Virus record (IMG/VR): IMGVR_UViG_2843291059_000004
Coordinates: 1-64,000 of that record
From: a virus
Taxonomy: Duplodnaviria; Caudoviricetes
DNA length: 64,000 bases
Direction: 5' to 3' (one strand)
Position 1 is the stretch's first letter. Each line of letters starts with the position of its first letter. Of the stretch, positions 38,126 through 47,348 are shown in pieces. Under the pieces are notes generated by a model. That model saw nothing but the letters and a program-made list of their open reading frames with translations, was not told the DNA's origin and did not search any database. A program made the translations under genes and the position numbers.

Positions 38126-38193
38126 TTATATCGCCGGTCTTTCCCGGCTGTCAGCCACACACAGGGCATTTTCGGAGGAAGAAAATATCTTAG

Positions 38194-40404
38194 TTATTCG
38201 TGCCGATTCTCATAGAATTCATTCCGTAACTGAATAATACCCTTCTTGCAAAAAGATTCCTGGTCTTTCTCTCGTTGCTCACGCATCCAACCATAGAACA
38301 GGTTATCCTCAGCAGTAAACAACTTTGCGGTATTTTCATAATAGCCACGCTTCTGAACGCTCTGCATAACACCACGCAAGAACTTCCAGTGCTTATAATA
38401 AGGAAGCTTCAGCTTAAACATAAAATTGTTGTTATCTCTCAAAACAAAGCCTTCAATATGCTCGATGCCATTGTACAGATAATTCTCATTCATGACTTCT
38501 TCATACCAAGGATAGAATTCACTCCAGCTCTCAAAGATTTTAACCTTCTCCTTAATCTGCAAATGACACTTTTCAGCAACACGCTTCAGATCATCGTAAT
38601 CCATCACACTGAAGTTCATATCATTCGCAATAATATCCAGCAAAACAATATGTGGTGTCTTGTATTCGATGATATGCGGGTCATTTACAGGATCAATCAC
38701 CTCAAAAATGATGGAACCATTCTCTTTTGCAACTTCCTTCAGATTCTTACGGTCTTCATCAGAAGTCGTATCCATGAGAATTTTTCGGAACATATCTGCA
38801 AAAGGCCCTTCAGGAGTGGATTTACTTGCAATGAACAGACCATCCTGTTCTGCATCATACGAGACAATTCCAAGAAATCCGTTTTCCTTCAGATATGCAG
38901 TCACTGGGAACTTCAAAGTGTTCTGTAGGTTTCCAATTCTCGTTTCATTCCGCTCATCGACCGCAAAGAACTTATCATAGCTTCGAGCTACAATCTTATT
39001 CGTCTTTGTGTTAATGAACAATCCCCTTGCTTTGGTAGAAACCTCATCCCAGTGCTTCTTATAAAATGCTTCACGAGAGAAGTTGAAAGAAGAAATATCT
39101 CCGAATCGCTTCTCAAACACATATTTGCTTTGACGCATCTTACTGACAAGTTCTGCGTTATCGAACTCAGTTTTCATTTCAACGGCAGTTTCAGTCTTTG
39201 GCTCCTCTTTTCGGAACACATCATTCTTTGTTTCTACACATTTGATTGACTGACCATGTTCAAGTTCCACGCAACGGAGATATCCACCAAACTCGATTTT
39301 TCCTTCGAGGTTGTAGCACCGATGCCCCATATCAATAGGAACATCCTGCACATTTCGATGACCGAAGATCTGAATGTAGCTATCCGGCATCGATTTTTCC
39401 CAAGACTCAGCCACGGTTAGCATATCAGGATAGCGACCTACACCTTTAATCATCTGATCAGCAGATATAAAAGGAAGAAAATAAGGCAGATAACTCAAAC
39501 CACCGTGGCTCACGAAATACCGCTTCCCATCATACTCAAAGTAAGCACATTGGCCAACTCTGGAATAGATCTTACGAGCAGTGTTCTTGTCAATACCGGC
39601 TTTAAAGAGCTGCGGACGAGTGTAGTTTGCAAACTCTTCACTCTGAACCGGTTCATCATGCCCCCACTTGTTCAGCCAACGTTCGTGATTCCCCTCCAAA
39701 AGGATCACATTCTTGCGGTTGTTATTTACAACATCACACAAGAACTTGAATACCTCAACGTTCTCGATGCCACGATCGAGATAATCACCAACGAAGATAT
39801 AAAGTTCGTCGTCCTTCATCTCACCAAGGTATTCACTTAAACAAGTATAACAGCCATGAATGTCACCGATGACATGGATCTTCTTCCACTGGTTGAAGTC
39901 ATTCGGACAGTAGTTCAAATCGGACATCACATCTGTAGTAGAAGGAAGGACATTCACGCCAGAAGGAACTTTTTGAGTAGCAAACCGAGCGTACATCTTA
40001 TCAATGGCCGCTTCAGGAACTCGCTTCAGCCATTCTCTCTGAGCGTTTCTTCGTTTGCATTCCTCGATCGGAAGGTCCGTCATGTCAATAACATACATTC
40101 GATAACGATACTGTTTTGCAAGATTCTTATAACGATTCATTTCGACCGTCTTGGAATTCGTTGCATCAATCACGGTAAACTCGCCATGACTCATGCGCAC
40201 CTCAAGCAGTTTAAAAAGCATCTCCCATACAACATCATCATTCTGCGGAGAAATCTCCATCTTCCCGGCAGGTGTTTCCTGTGCGCTCTGGCACATAAGG
40301 CGAAGTGTATCAGCACTCAATACGTACTGCTCAAGATTATGCTCTTTAATATAGGTGGACTTCCCACAACCTGGTGCTCCACGGAACAGCAAAAGCGTTC
40401 TCAT
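38194..40404 (-). CDS. Pnkp-like RNA repair enzyme: polynucleotide kinase + metallophosphoesterase + RNA ligase
   Basis: GAPGCGKST/VIDATN kinase; GDIHG, GDYLDRG, GNHE phosphoesterase; KARGLF, KENGFLG, FEVI, EGFVL, KLK ligase motifs. Confidence 0.88.
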   Translation of the reverse strand: MRTLLLFRGAPGCGKSTYIKEHNLEQYVLSADTLRLMCQSAQETPAGKMEISPQNDDVVWEMLFKLLEVRMSHGEFTVIDATNSKTVEMNRYKNLAKQYRYRMYVIDMTDLPIEECKRRNAQREWLKRVPEAAIDKMYARFATQKVPSGVNVLPSTTDVMSDLNYCPNDFNQWKKIHVIGDIHGCYTCLSEYLGEMKDDELYIFVGDYLDRGIENVEVFKFLCDVVNNNRKNVILLEGNHERWLNKWGHDEPVQSEEFANYTRPQLFKAGIDKNTARKIYSRVGQCAYFEYDGKRYFVSHGGLSYLPYFLPFISADQMIKGVGRYPDMLTVAESWEKSMPDSYIQIFGHRNVQDVPIDMGHRCYNLEGKIEFGGYLRCVELEHGQSIKCVETKNDVFRKEEPKTETAVEMKTEFDNAELVSKMRQSKYVFEKRFGDISSFNFSREAFYKKHWDEVSTKARGLFINTKTNKIVARSYDKFFAVDERNETRIGNLQNTLKFPVTAYLKENGFLGIVSYDAEQDGLFIASKSTPEGPFADMFRKILMDTTSDEDRKNLKEVAKENGSIIFEVIDPVNDPHIIEYKTPHIVLLDIIANDMNFSVMDYDDLKRVAEKCHLQIKEKVKIFESWSEFYPWYEEVMNENYLYNGIEHIEGFVLRDNNNFMFKLKLPYYKHWKFLRGVMQSVQKRGYYENTAKLFTAEDNLFYGWMREQREKDQESFCKKGIIQLRNEFYENRHE

Positions 40405-40459
40405 CTACATTTCCCTTTCTAATAAGTATCCTGTGTTATATAGTTACAATGTTAAAATC

Positions 40460-40480
40460 AAGGGGCCGAAGCCCCCTGTT
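40460..40480 (-). terminator. Intrinsic terminator after repressor-like gene
   Basis: GGGGC-TTCG-GCCCC hairpin followed by TTGATTTT on minus strand. Confidence 0.7.
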
Positions 40481-40481
40481 T

Positions 40482-41408
40482 TTAATTTTTGTGGAAGTAT
40501 TCGATCCAGCCCTTGTATCCTTGCCGGAAACTAATGTATGCAACCTTGCTGCACTTTCTTCCGATAATGTCCGCAAGAGGATCTTTACCATTTCCGAAAC
40601 TAAGTTCTGTAAGATTAAATTCTGGATGAGTTTTGCAGTAGTTATAAACCTTTACATACTCGCCGTTTCTGGTCAGATGTCTTCGGTCTAAAGCCTTTGA
40701 ATGATATCTTCTTTCGAGAATATCATTCAAGCGCGTGAAATAACTATGAATCGTATTCGTAGACATTCTTGAATCACTGTCTGCACCAGTTCTATCCTCT
40801 GTTTTGCGAAGAATGTAATCACCATTTATGACATAAAACGTTCTGTATCCTCCCATATTGGGGGCATCATATTGTTTCATTTCATAACACTGCTTGATGA
40901 TATTCATCAGTCTCGCGTCAACACTGGTCTTATTCAAAACAGTACATGATTCAAAGTCAACATCGTTAATCGTCAGATTGGAAACTTCTTCAGAAGTAAG
41001 GCCAATCCAGTACAGCACGGCAATCACATTCATACGAATCTGATATGGCTCTTCATACTTGTCCAAGAAATCAACAAACTCATCAACTGACGCAAAATAC
41101 TTGTCCTCGTACATATTGTCTGAACTCACATCGCTCTCCGAGAATTCAGCTAAGTCATACATACTCGCTCGATCCTCACTTTTGATGTACCCTGTAATTA
41201 TCGACTTTACATTTCTGAACGACCGACTTGAGTTCACCCAATTGTATTTAGCAAACATCTTTACAAAATCATCTTTTGTGAAGTCAAACAACTCATACCC
41301 ACGCTCGGCCTCGTAATCCATAACATGGTTAAGCGTCGATATAACAAACTCACCGCTTCTATCAGAATACTTTTCGGCAAAAGCTTTGATTTTTTCTTCA
41401 GTAAGCAT
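40482..41408 (-). CDS. Tyrosine-recombinase-fold protein, probably inactive; MrpR/YopR-like master repressor
   Basis: Box I VLYWIGLTSEEVSNLTINDVDF with Thr at the catalytic Arg position; helical N-terminal domain; SPbeta-like context. Confidence 0.7.
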   Translation of the reverse strand: MLTEEKIKAFAEKYSDRSGEFVISTLNHVMDYEAERGYELFDFTKDDFVKMFAKYNWVNSSRSFRNVKSIITGYIKSEDRASMYDLAEFSESDVSSDNMYEDKYFASVDEFVDFLDKYEEPYQIRMNVIAVLYWIGLTSEEVSNLTINDVDFESCTVLNKTSVDARLMNIIKQCYEMKQYDAPNMGGYRTFYVINGDYILRKTEDRTGADSDSRMSTNTIHSYFTRLNDILERRYHSKALDRRHLTRNGEYVKVYNYCKTHPEFNLTELSFGNGKDPLADIIGRKCSKVAYISFRQGYKGWIEYFHKN

Positions 41409-41459
41409 AGTGGCACACTCCTTCTTATTATGTAGTGTACCATTAAACCTGAGAACAAA

Positions 41460-41885
41460 TCAAGCAAATGCGGCAAAATTCTGAAATTCCATAGTATGTT
41501 GTACGCCGCTCAGAAATGCTGCGAGCAAAAATGGTTCATCTTTGCATCTTGCCATTGCAATCATATTCATCTGACGCTCCGACAAAACACCAAGTTTCTT
41601 GATGAACTGTCCTTTGTTAAGTGTATCAGTCTCTTCGCAGAGAACGATACTATCAACCTCTAGGAACTCACAGTCTTCCTTTGAAAGTAGAACATGAACC
41701 GGAGAACGCTTGCATGTTCTTGAAGATAACGGATTCCCCTTGATTGTTGGGCTGAAGAGGTTACGCTTGTTGTTACTTGTCACAACGAACGGTCGAATGC
41801 CGCGCTGCTGATGACCTGTCGCATTAGATAGATCAACCAACCAAACCTCTCCGACCTTTGGGTCAATATTGTTATCCATAGTCAT
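41460..41885 (-). CDS. mazF: MazF/PemK-family endoribonuclease (orphan)
   Basis: GEVWLVDL...GHQQRGIRPFVVTSN, PLSS, HV.L, DSIVLCE, KKLG.L. Confidence 0.85.
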   Translation of the reverse strand: MTMDNNIDPKVGEVWLVDLSNATGHQQRGIRPFVVTSNNKRNLFSPTIKGNPLSSRTCKRSPVHVLLSKEDCEFLEVDSIVLCEETDTLNKGQFIKKLGVLSERQMNMIAMARCKDEPFLLAAFLSGVQHTMEFQNFAAFA

Positions 41886-41922
41886 TCTCCTCTACAATGA
41901 TGTAGCTCCGTTCCATAGCTAC

Positions 41923-41951
41923 ATTATACAGGATACAATCACAGAAGTCAA
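41923..41951 (-). promoter_or_regulatory. Sigma-A promoter of mazF overlapping 21-bp operator
   Basis: TTGACT-17bp-TATAAT. Confidence 0.8.
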
Positions 41952-41970
41952 GAGGTTTTTGAAAATATTT

Positions 41971-42300
41971 TTAGTGCCCGTACAACTCAGGATTCTCTGA
42001 TACGAACACACTGATATTATTATCGAAGATCATCTCATACGCTTTCTCTGCACAGCCAGACCTAAGTTCAATTCTCCTTACTTCATGGCATTTTTGTCGC
42101 AACTCGATGTGACTCTCATTTCCGAAGAACCCCACGCCATTAACAATCCCCCCCGTCTCTACGCCAATGTCGTCAATCTTTTTGCAGATCATGTGAATAT
42201 CCACACCATTACAAACAAAGCAGACCCACACTCGCTTTTTTCTTATGTACTTTAAAAAATCATCAACCCGTATAACTTTCAAAACCTTTCTATCGCTCAT
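41971..42300 (-). CDS. Hypothetical protein
   Basis: GAAGG RBS, own promoter. Confidence 0.65.
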   Translation of the reverse strand: MSDRKVLKVIRVDDFLKYIRKKRVWVCFVCNGVDIHMICKKIDDIGVETGGIVNGVGFFGNESHIELRQKCHEVRRIELRSGCAEKAYEMIFDNNISVFVSENPELYGH

Positions 42301-42344
42301 CAAGAATAACCGCCTTCCGCTCACACAAACAACTTTCAAGATAT

Positions 42345-42372
42345 ATTATACACAGCCTTTTGTTTTAGTCAA
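42345..42372 (-). promoter_or_regulatory. Sigma-A-like promoter
   Basis: TTGACT-16bp-TATAAT. Confidence 0.55.
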
Positions 42373-42425
42373 TATATTATACATCTTTTTGTTGTATTAT
42401 TTATCAAAATTTTAGATGACGCCAT

Positions 42426-43040
42426 TTACTCAGCATCATCCACAACCAACTTCGAATCATAATAGAACCTATGTGCGCCAAATTGTCCAGCAAAGGTTGC
42501 TCCACGCTCGTGCCAACTGCCGGGAGCTGCAGTCGGGGTTACAAACCATTGAATAGGTTTGTCTGAAATTTTAGCACCATAGTCAAACACCATAGAGACA
42601 GCCAGCTCATTCTCTGCCGTAACCTTTCTATTATATAAGGAACTATAACCATACTTCTTAAAGACCTGCTGGATGGTTAGACCATCAAGTACAGCGGAAT
42701 CATAAAGACATTGAGCAACGGCCATCTGGCCTTCCAAACTGTCAGCACCTGCTTCACAAGCAACAATCTGCTCTGCAAGGGCACGCTCATCATCAGTGAG
42801 TTCATGTTTACCCTGGCTAAAGTTCACCACCTTCGTCTCAACGATTTCCTTTACAAAAATTGTAAGTTCATCGTTTTCATCCTCTTTTGTTGCTTGTGCA
42901 ACATTTGAAGTAAATTGACCATTATAATATGTATACGTGCTTTCAGCTCCAACATTTGGTAACGTTTTCGCTACTAGATTCCCTGCCAGCAAGCACATTA
43001 TACATACAATAGCAACGCTTTGCTCACGATTTATTAACAA
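42426..43040 (-). CDS. SleB/Hydrolase_2-like cell wall hydrolase with N-terminal signal
   Basis: LAEQIVACEAG...GQMAVAQC, GAHRFY; hydrophobic N-terminus. Confidence 0.78.
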   Translation of the reverse strand: MLINREQSVAIVCIMCLLAGNLVAKTLPNVGAESTYTYYNGQFTSNVAQATKEDENDELTIFVKEIVETKVVNFSQGKHELTDDERALAEQIVACEAGADSLEGQMAVAQCLYDSAVLDGLTIQQVFKKYGYSSLYNRKVTAENELAVSMVFDYGAKISDKPIQWFVTPTAAPGSWHERGATFAGQFGAHRFYYDSKLVVDDAE

Positions 43041-43067
43041 TTTATTAGTGATAAATAAAACCTCCTC

Positions 43068-43247
43068 TCAACTTTCAATCTCCCAATCGCCTGCATTAAA
43101 CTCAGTTGATGGATATACACAATAATCCGACATGAAGCACATGATCTTCTGCCCCGTTCCATAAAAATCATAATCAATAACTTTCATTGTGTCCCCGTCT
43201 TCGGCCACAATAGTCTGTCCAGCTTTTAAAACATCAAAAGTTTTCAT
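43068..43247 (-). CDS. Small hypothetical protein (59 aa, MKTFDVLKAGQTIV...)
   Basis: Hand-translated; AGGAG RBS fused to junction palindrome. Confidence 0.65.
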   Translation of the reverse strand: MKTFDVLKAGQTIVAEDGDTMKVIDYDFYGTGQKIMCFMSDYCVYPSTEFNAGDWEIES

Positions 43248-43271
43248 AATATTACTCCTAAAATATTGGTT

Positions 43272-43583
43272 TTATAAATCATGCTCTGCAATGTATGGCC
43301 CATACAGACATCTTTTTACATCGTTGTTGAATAGCATACAAGCCACTTTCCCAAATGTTTGATATGCTGCATCTACGACTTCAAATTGAAGTGCCTCTGG
43401 AACATCTTGCAACTGCAGCAAGTTAAGCGTTCTGCTGTACACTCCGTCGTTTTTATCTTTCTTGAGACATATAACATCAAACATATCATCACAAAGCGCA
43501 AGAAGTTCAGTAGGGCCGAGATTGTTGTTAATGTATCGTCGAGCAGATTCTCGTTTGGAATCTGGAATCACTATAAATTTCAT
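43272..43583 (-). CDS. Hypothetical cassette-like gene
   Basis: Bounded by palindromes 43259 and 43598. Confidence 0.7.
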   Translation of the reverse strand: MKFIVIPDSKRESARRYINNNLGPTELLALCDDMFDVICLKKDKNDGVYSRTLNLLQLQDVPEALQFEVVDAAYQTFGKVACMLFNNDVKRCLYGPYIAEHDL

Positions 43584-43616
43584 AAGACTGCCTCCTATAA
43601 AAGATTAGTTTTATCG

Positions 43617-43814
43617 TTATTTTACATACACGATAAAATATGCCTTGTCCATTGGGTGCTCAATCCGCAGAACTTCGTACTTGTCAGCATCTTCCATCGA
43701 AATCTTTGAAACACTATTGTAAATCAAATGCTGTCCATAAACGCCATGACCTTCATTTGCGACAAGTACCGCTTCATCTTTACTCATAACAGATAACAGC
43801 TCGGCCAACTTCAT
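43617..43814 (-). CDS. Hypothetical cassette-like gene
   Basis: Bounded by palindromes 43598 and 43828. Confidence 0.7.
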   Translation of the reverse strand: MKLAELLSVMSKDEAVLVANEGHGVYGQHLIYNSVSKISMEDADKYEVLRIEHPMDKAYFIVYVK

Positions 43815-43826
43815 ATTAAATCCTCC

Positions 43827-43997
43827 TTAAATCTTAGCTTTTTTATCAGACTCAGCTAACTGAAGCTCTTCCAACGAAAACGAAAGTCTTCCGCCTCCGC
43901 AAAAAGTAGTGAACTCAACAATGGCAGTATCTCCGTCGATTTCATCGATAATGCCTTCGCACCAATCTTCAGCGTAAACTTTGTCTCCAACTTTCAT
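43827..43997 (-). CDS. Small SH3/KOW-like protein (MKVGDKVYAEDWCEGIIDEID...)
   Basis: Hand-translated; bounded by palindromes 43828 and 44012. Confidence 0.65.
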   Translation of the reverse strand: MKVGDKVYAEDWCEGIIDEIDGDTAIVEFTTFCGGGRLSFSLEELQLAESDKKAKI

Positions 43998-44027
43998 AAC
44001 TACTCTCTCCTTAAATCTCAGCTTCTA

Positions 44028-44276
44028 TCAAAAATCAGAATGCAGCACTACCGGGGAGCGACTGTCTACATCGCAGAACACACACTCCCATTTTGGAGAT
44101 TCCTCGTAATATTTATAGTTTCCTTGCGGTTTCCATGTTAAAACCAAAACATTTTTTTGACTGCTATAATAAGCAGCATTTACCTCTGTTGCATCACATT
44201 CCCAGCCGCTATCCGTTTCGATAAAAACATCACTTGGTAGCTTTTCCAAAATCTTAATTAACTCTGTAGCAATCAT
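44028..44276 (-). CDS. Hypothetical cassette-like gene
   Basis: Bounded by palindromes 44012 and 44289. Confidence 0.7.
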   Translation of the reverse strand: MIATELIKILEKLPSDVFIETDSGWECDATEVNAAYYSSQKNVLVLTWKPQGNYKYYEESPKWECVFCDVDSRSPVVLHSDF

Positions 44277-44309
44277 ATGAAACTCTCCTAGAACTTAACT
44301 TTCATCACA

Positions 44310-44609
44310 TCAACTACGTTCTTTAATCAAACCATTAGCCGATGCCTCTGCTCTTAATTTTATGAGTTCTTTCTTTGTTTCAAAATTTTTCTCATATCTT
44401 TCCATAAAAGCCCGAACGTTCATGTTCTTCTGGTTATTCGGAAAGATAAATTCATCTAAAATACCATCTTTTGTTACCGTATAAATATCCTTTGATGTAT
44501 ACTGTTTTTTCAATTTCACCTCAAAGCCATGTTTTAATAGCCAAGAGATAGCTAGTTTCTCTTGTTTATTAAAGTCCCATTTTTTATTTTCAAGTCCTTG
44601 TAAATTCAT
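44310..44609 (-). CDS. Hypothetical protein
   Basis: GAGGTGG RBS. Confidence 0.7.
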   Translation of the reverse strand: MNLQGLENKKWDFNKQEKLAISWLLKHGFEVKLKKQYTSKDIYTVTKDGILDEFIFPNNQKNMNVRAFMERYEKNFETKKELIKLRAEASANGLIKERS

Positions 44610-44714
44610 AAGTCCACCTCATTCCATGCTTGCGCATTCTGTGGTTATGCAAAGTTTAACAGCACAACCAATCATAGTCAAGTAATTTCCAACATTTTCA
44701 TAAGAACCCGGATT

Positions 44715-44891
44715 TTATGACTGTCTACCACGAAGCACATATGCCATTGTGTCTAGTAGATCTGCCACCGAGCACGGATGCGACATAACTTCATTTTCAA
44801 TCAGAAAAGTGTCGTTCATTCTCATCCAAACCGCAATATCTTCAGCTTTGTCGGCAACTACCATTTGTTCATATTCCTTCAAGTCAATCAT
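44715..44891 (-). CDS. Hypothetical protein
   Basis: GGGAG RBS; stop in palindrome 44702. Confidence 0.6.
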   Translation of the reverse strand: MIDLKEYEQMVVADKAEDIAVWMRMNDTFLIENEVMSHPCSVADLLDTMAYVLRGRQS

Positions 44892-44932
44892 TACTCTTCT
44901 CCCTTTTTCCGATACTACAGACAAATATTTTA

Positions 44933-45145
44933 TTAACCCTTGTTCATTACTTCCTCAATCTTGCAATTGATAGAATCAATCTCACGCATCAGCTTACAGC
45001 GATAATTTCCGTTCCTGTTAAGTCTGAAACATAAATCCTCATCGTCACTCTTATAACCCATATAGCATCCAGACCTGCACAGGCTTGTCGCATCAAGAGC
45101 GTCTTGGATTACTCGTGCCTCATTAAGAGTCAAATCAATTTTCAT
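44933..45145 (-). CDS. Hypothetical protein
   Basis: AGGTGG RBS. Confidence 0.65.
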   Translation of the reverse strand: MKIDLTLNEARVIQDALDATSLCRSGCYMGYKSDDEDLCFRLNRNGNYRCKLMREIDSINCKIEEVMNKG

Positions 45146-45160
45146 CGTTGTTCACCACCT

Positions 45161-45403
45161 TTACTCTTCTGCCTTTTCTCCGATACCACAGATAAATACC
45201 TTATGTTTTCCATTCTCGTCACGCTGCCAATCACCACCAAGCATCTCAATCGTATGGCACACTGAATAATAAGCTACGGTTGAATTGACGGCCTCTTTGT
45301 CTCTTTCAAAATCATTCGTTTTTATAAAATGCCAGTTGTTATCAAGCCAATTGACTACCCTTATAACCCCTGCACGAAGCTCTTTTTCTTTCTTGTTTGC
45401 CAT
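45161..45403 (-). CDS. Hypothetical protein
   Basis: Co-oriented ORF. Confidence 0.65.
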   Translation of the reverse strand: MANKKEKELRAGVIRVVNWLDNNWHFIKTNDFERDKEAVNSTVAYYSVCHTIEMLGGDWQRDENGKHKVFICGIGEKAEE

Positions 45404-45422
45404 TTTATTTTACTCATTTGTA

Positions 45423-45932
45423 TTACATATCCTGATTTACAGAGTTCCATGTCTCTGTCGAAATGCTGTCATTCTCATCAGACAGGCAATCAATCCAAGC
45501 ATTGAGCACTTCACGGTACACTGTCATATTTGGACAAAAATGACTGTTGGTGAATACCGGCATATCGTCATTACACAGAATTCTCATAATAGCAGCACAC
45601 ACGGCTGCAGATCTCGATACGCCAGCAGCACAATTTACGCAGAACCAATCGGTCTTATCTGCTTCGTGGTTATCCAAGACAAATTTCACAATATTCCTAG
45701 CTTGAATATCCGTAATACATGTACCTTCTAAATCAGTAGTGCAATCATCAAACTTTAACGGCAGAAAAGTAATATTACCCTCACACTTATGGAAATCAAT
45801 ATGATGACCATTAGCTTCAGTGATTGAGATAAACCGAATCCGTTCAAAATGTGGCTGTCGGATAAAGTCTTCTGCATCTTCTGCACTCATCACTGAAAAT
45901 TTCCACTTTCTCCGATACATCGTAATAATCAT
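45423..45932 (-). CDS. Cys-based (PTP/DSP-like) phosphatase
   Basis: FDD general-acid loop, VNCAAGVSRS (CX5R), PN. Confidence 0.85.
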   Translation of the reverse strand: MIITMYRRKWKFSVMSAEDAEDFIRQPHFERIRFISITEANGHHIDFHKCEGNITFLPLKFDDCTTDLEGTCITDIQARNIVKFVLDNHEADKTDWFCVNCAAGVSRSAAVCAAIMRILCNDDMPVFTNSHFCPNMTVYREVLNAWIDCLSDENDSISTETWNSVNQDM

Positions 45933-45953
45933 TTCGTTTTCCCTCCAAAGAAT

Positions 45954-46163
45954 TTAGGTTTTATCAATAAATGATAAATCAAGATCTTCAAACTCAACCA
46001 CCTCATAATCTTCTGTTGGGTGGTTTGCATATATTTTTATTGCTTCATTTACTGACGGATGTTTCAGTAAATATAACAATCGTTTCATCCCTTCTTTTGA
46101 GATGTTATACTCTTCCCGAATCATCTCGACTGCTCCTTCAAAGCGCAAACGGATCATTGCCAA
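45954..46163 (-). CDS. Hypothetical protein
   Basis: Co-oriented ORF; start uncertain. Confidence 0.55.
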   Translation of the reverse strand: MAMIRLRFEGAVEMIREEYNISKEGMKRLLYLLKHPSVNEAIKIYANHPTEDYEVVEFEDLDLSFIDKT

Positions 46164-46223
46164 TTGTTATTATGAGTGCAACATTCAAAGCAAATATCAT
46201 AAACGCGGTCATTCTTTATCACC

Positions 46224-46412
46224 TCAATCTCTAAATTCAATATCGACAACAATATTTTCTGGCTCTGTCATGTACCTTCGTGCCAGCAGTTCTACCATGC
46301 GTTCCTTGTCCCCAAGATTGCTATTACGCAAAAGATACGAACAAACTTGCTTGCCCCTGTACAAGAACACAGCCCATGCACTTCTCTTTAATGGGTTTGT
46401 GGTCTTAATCAT
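46224..46412 (-). CDS. Hypothetical protein
   Basis: GGAGG RBS. Confidence 0.65.
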   Translation of the reverse strand: MIKTTNPLKRSAWAVFLYRGKQVCSYLLRNSNLGDKERMVELLARRYMTEPENIVVDIEFRD

Positions 46413-46714
46413 TCCATTGCTTCCTCCAGATATGTAGTCACATCACCAAAATCAAAATCCAGAGCACCAATCATATCATCCAGAGCATCCACAGCATCAG
46501 ACAAATTCGTGCAAGCATTATCCGCTTTATCATATCGTTCACTGCCCTGCAGGTTCTCAGGCATATTGTCACGATACTCTTCTTCTTCCCACTGGATATC
46601 CTCGACATCGGACTTTATGCTTTCGACATCCGCCACAAGTTCTTCCAGCTTCTTACGGATGGAATCAAAACGGTCAATGGTTTGCTTAATAGCTTTTCTA
46701 CGAGTGTTATTCAT
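46409..46714 (-). CDS. Coiled-coil phage protein
   Basis: EEEEYRDNMPENLQGSERY; AAAGGAG RBS. Confidence 0.75.
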   Translation of the reverse strand: MNNTRRKAIKQTIDRFDSIRKKLEELVADVESIKSDVEDIQWEEEEYRDNMPENLQGSERYDKADNACTNLSDAVDALDDMIGALDFDFGDVTTYLEEAME

Positions 46715-46728
46715 TTTCAAATCTCCTT

Positions 46729-47130
46729 TCAATCTACGATACCAAGCTTGCAAATATTTTTCGGATCAGTGATATAACCAAACGTCAATGTGTTTCGCAG
46801 ATATCCTTTGTATTCAAAACCACGGTCACGAGCTGCTAGACGACACACATCTCGAATCGCGGATTCTCTCGGCCAAGAAATACCAGCCACCTGGTATTTC
46901 CACTGAAGATCCCTCAGCTTCTGCCACTCAATCACAGGCTTTTTTTCATTCTCGAAGCACAAACCGTTCTGTACGGCATATTTCAGAGCATCACATCGCT
47001 TACTCTCTTCCGATGTACAAGTTCCCCACTCATTTTCCAGATGACGATACGCTCTATCAAACGGTGCTTGCTTTGCTGCATCAATGCCAAATGCCGCTCC
47101 AAGCAAACCCAAGCCAAGTAACAGTCCCAT
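46729..47130 (-). CDS. Hypothetical protein with hydrophobic N-terminus
   Basis: GGAGG RBS. Confidence 0.7.
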   Translation of the reverse strand: MGLLLGLGLLGAAFGIDAAKQAPFDRAYRHLENEWGTCTSEESKRCDALKYAVQNGLCFENEKKPVIEWQKLRDLQWKYQVAGISWPRESAIRDVCRLAARDRGFEYKGYLRNTLTFGYITDPKNICKLGIVD

Positions 47131-47133
47131 AAT

Positions 47134-47319
47134 TTAAACCTCCAATTTACTTTTATCAATGTCAAACGTAAAACCATCATCTGTTTCCTGATAGTTCACT
47201 TCATCAAGTGCCTTATCCCGTCGTCTATTCTCTTCCACTATTTTAGCAACATTGGGATGATGCAGATTATACACAAACTGCTTTGCTTCATCGTCTCGCA
47301 AAACGATATCTTCATTCAC
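47134..47319 (-). CDS. Hypothetical protein
   Basis: AGGAG RBS at palindrome 47333. Confidence 0.6.
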   Translation of the reverse strand: MNEDIVLRDDEAKQFVYNLHHPNVAKIVEENRRRDKALDEVNYQETDDGFTFDIDKSKLEV

Positions 47320-47348
47320 ATAATCACGCTCCTAAAATCACTCTTTTA

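Noticed and set aside
37435-38193. ORFs 37435..37665 and 37954..38193
   Set aside because: They are translations of tRNA genes
40482-43040. Arbitrium aimR/aimP locus
   Set aside because: No TPR-like receptor-sized ORF or short secreted propeptide near the repressor
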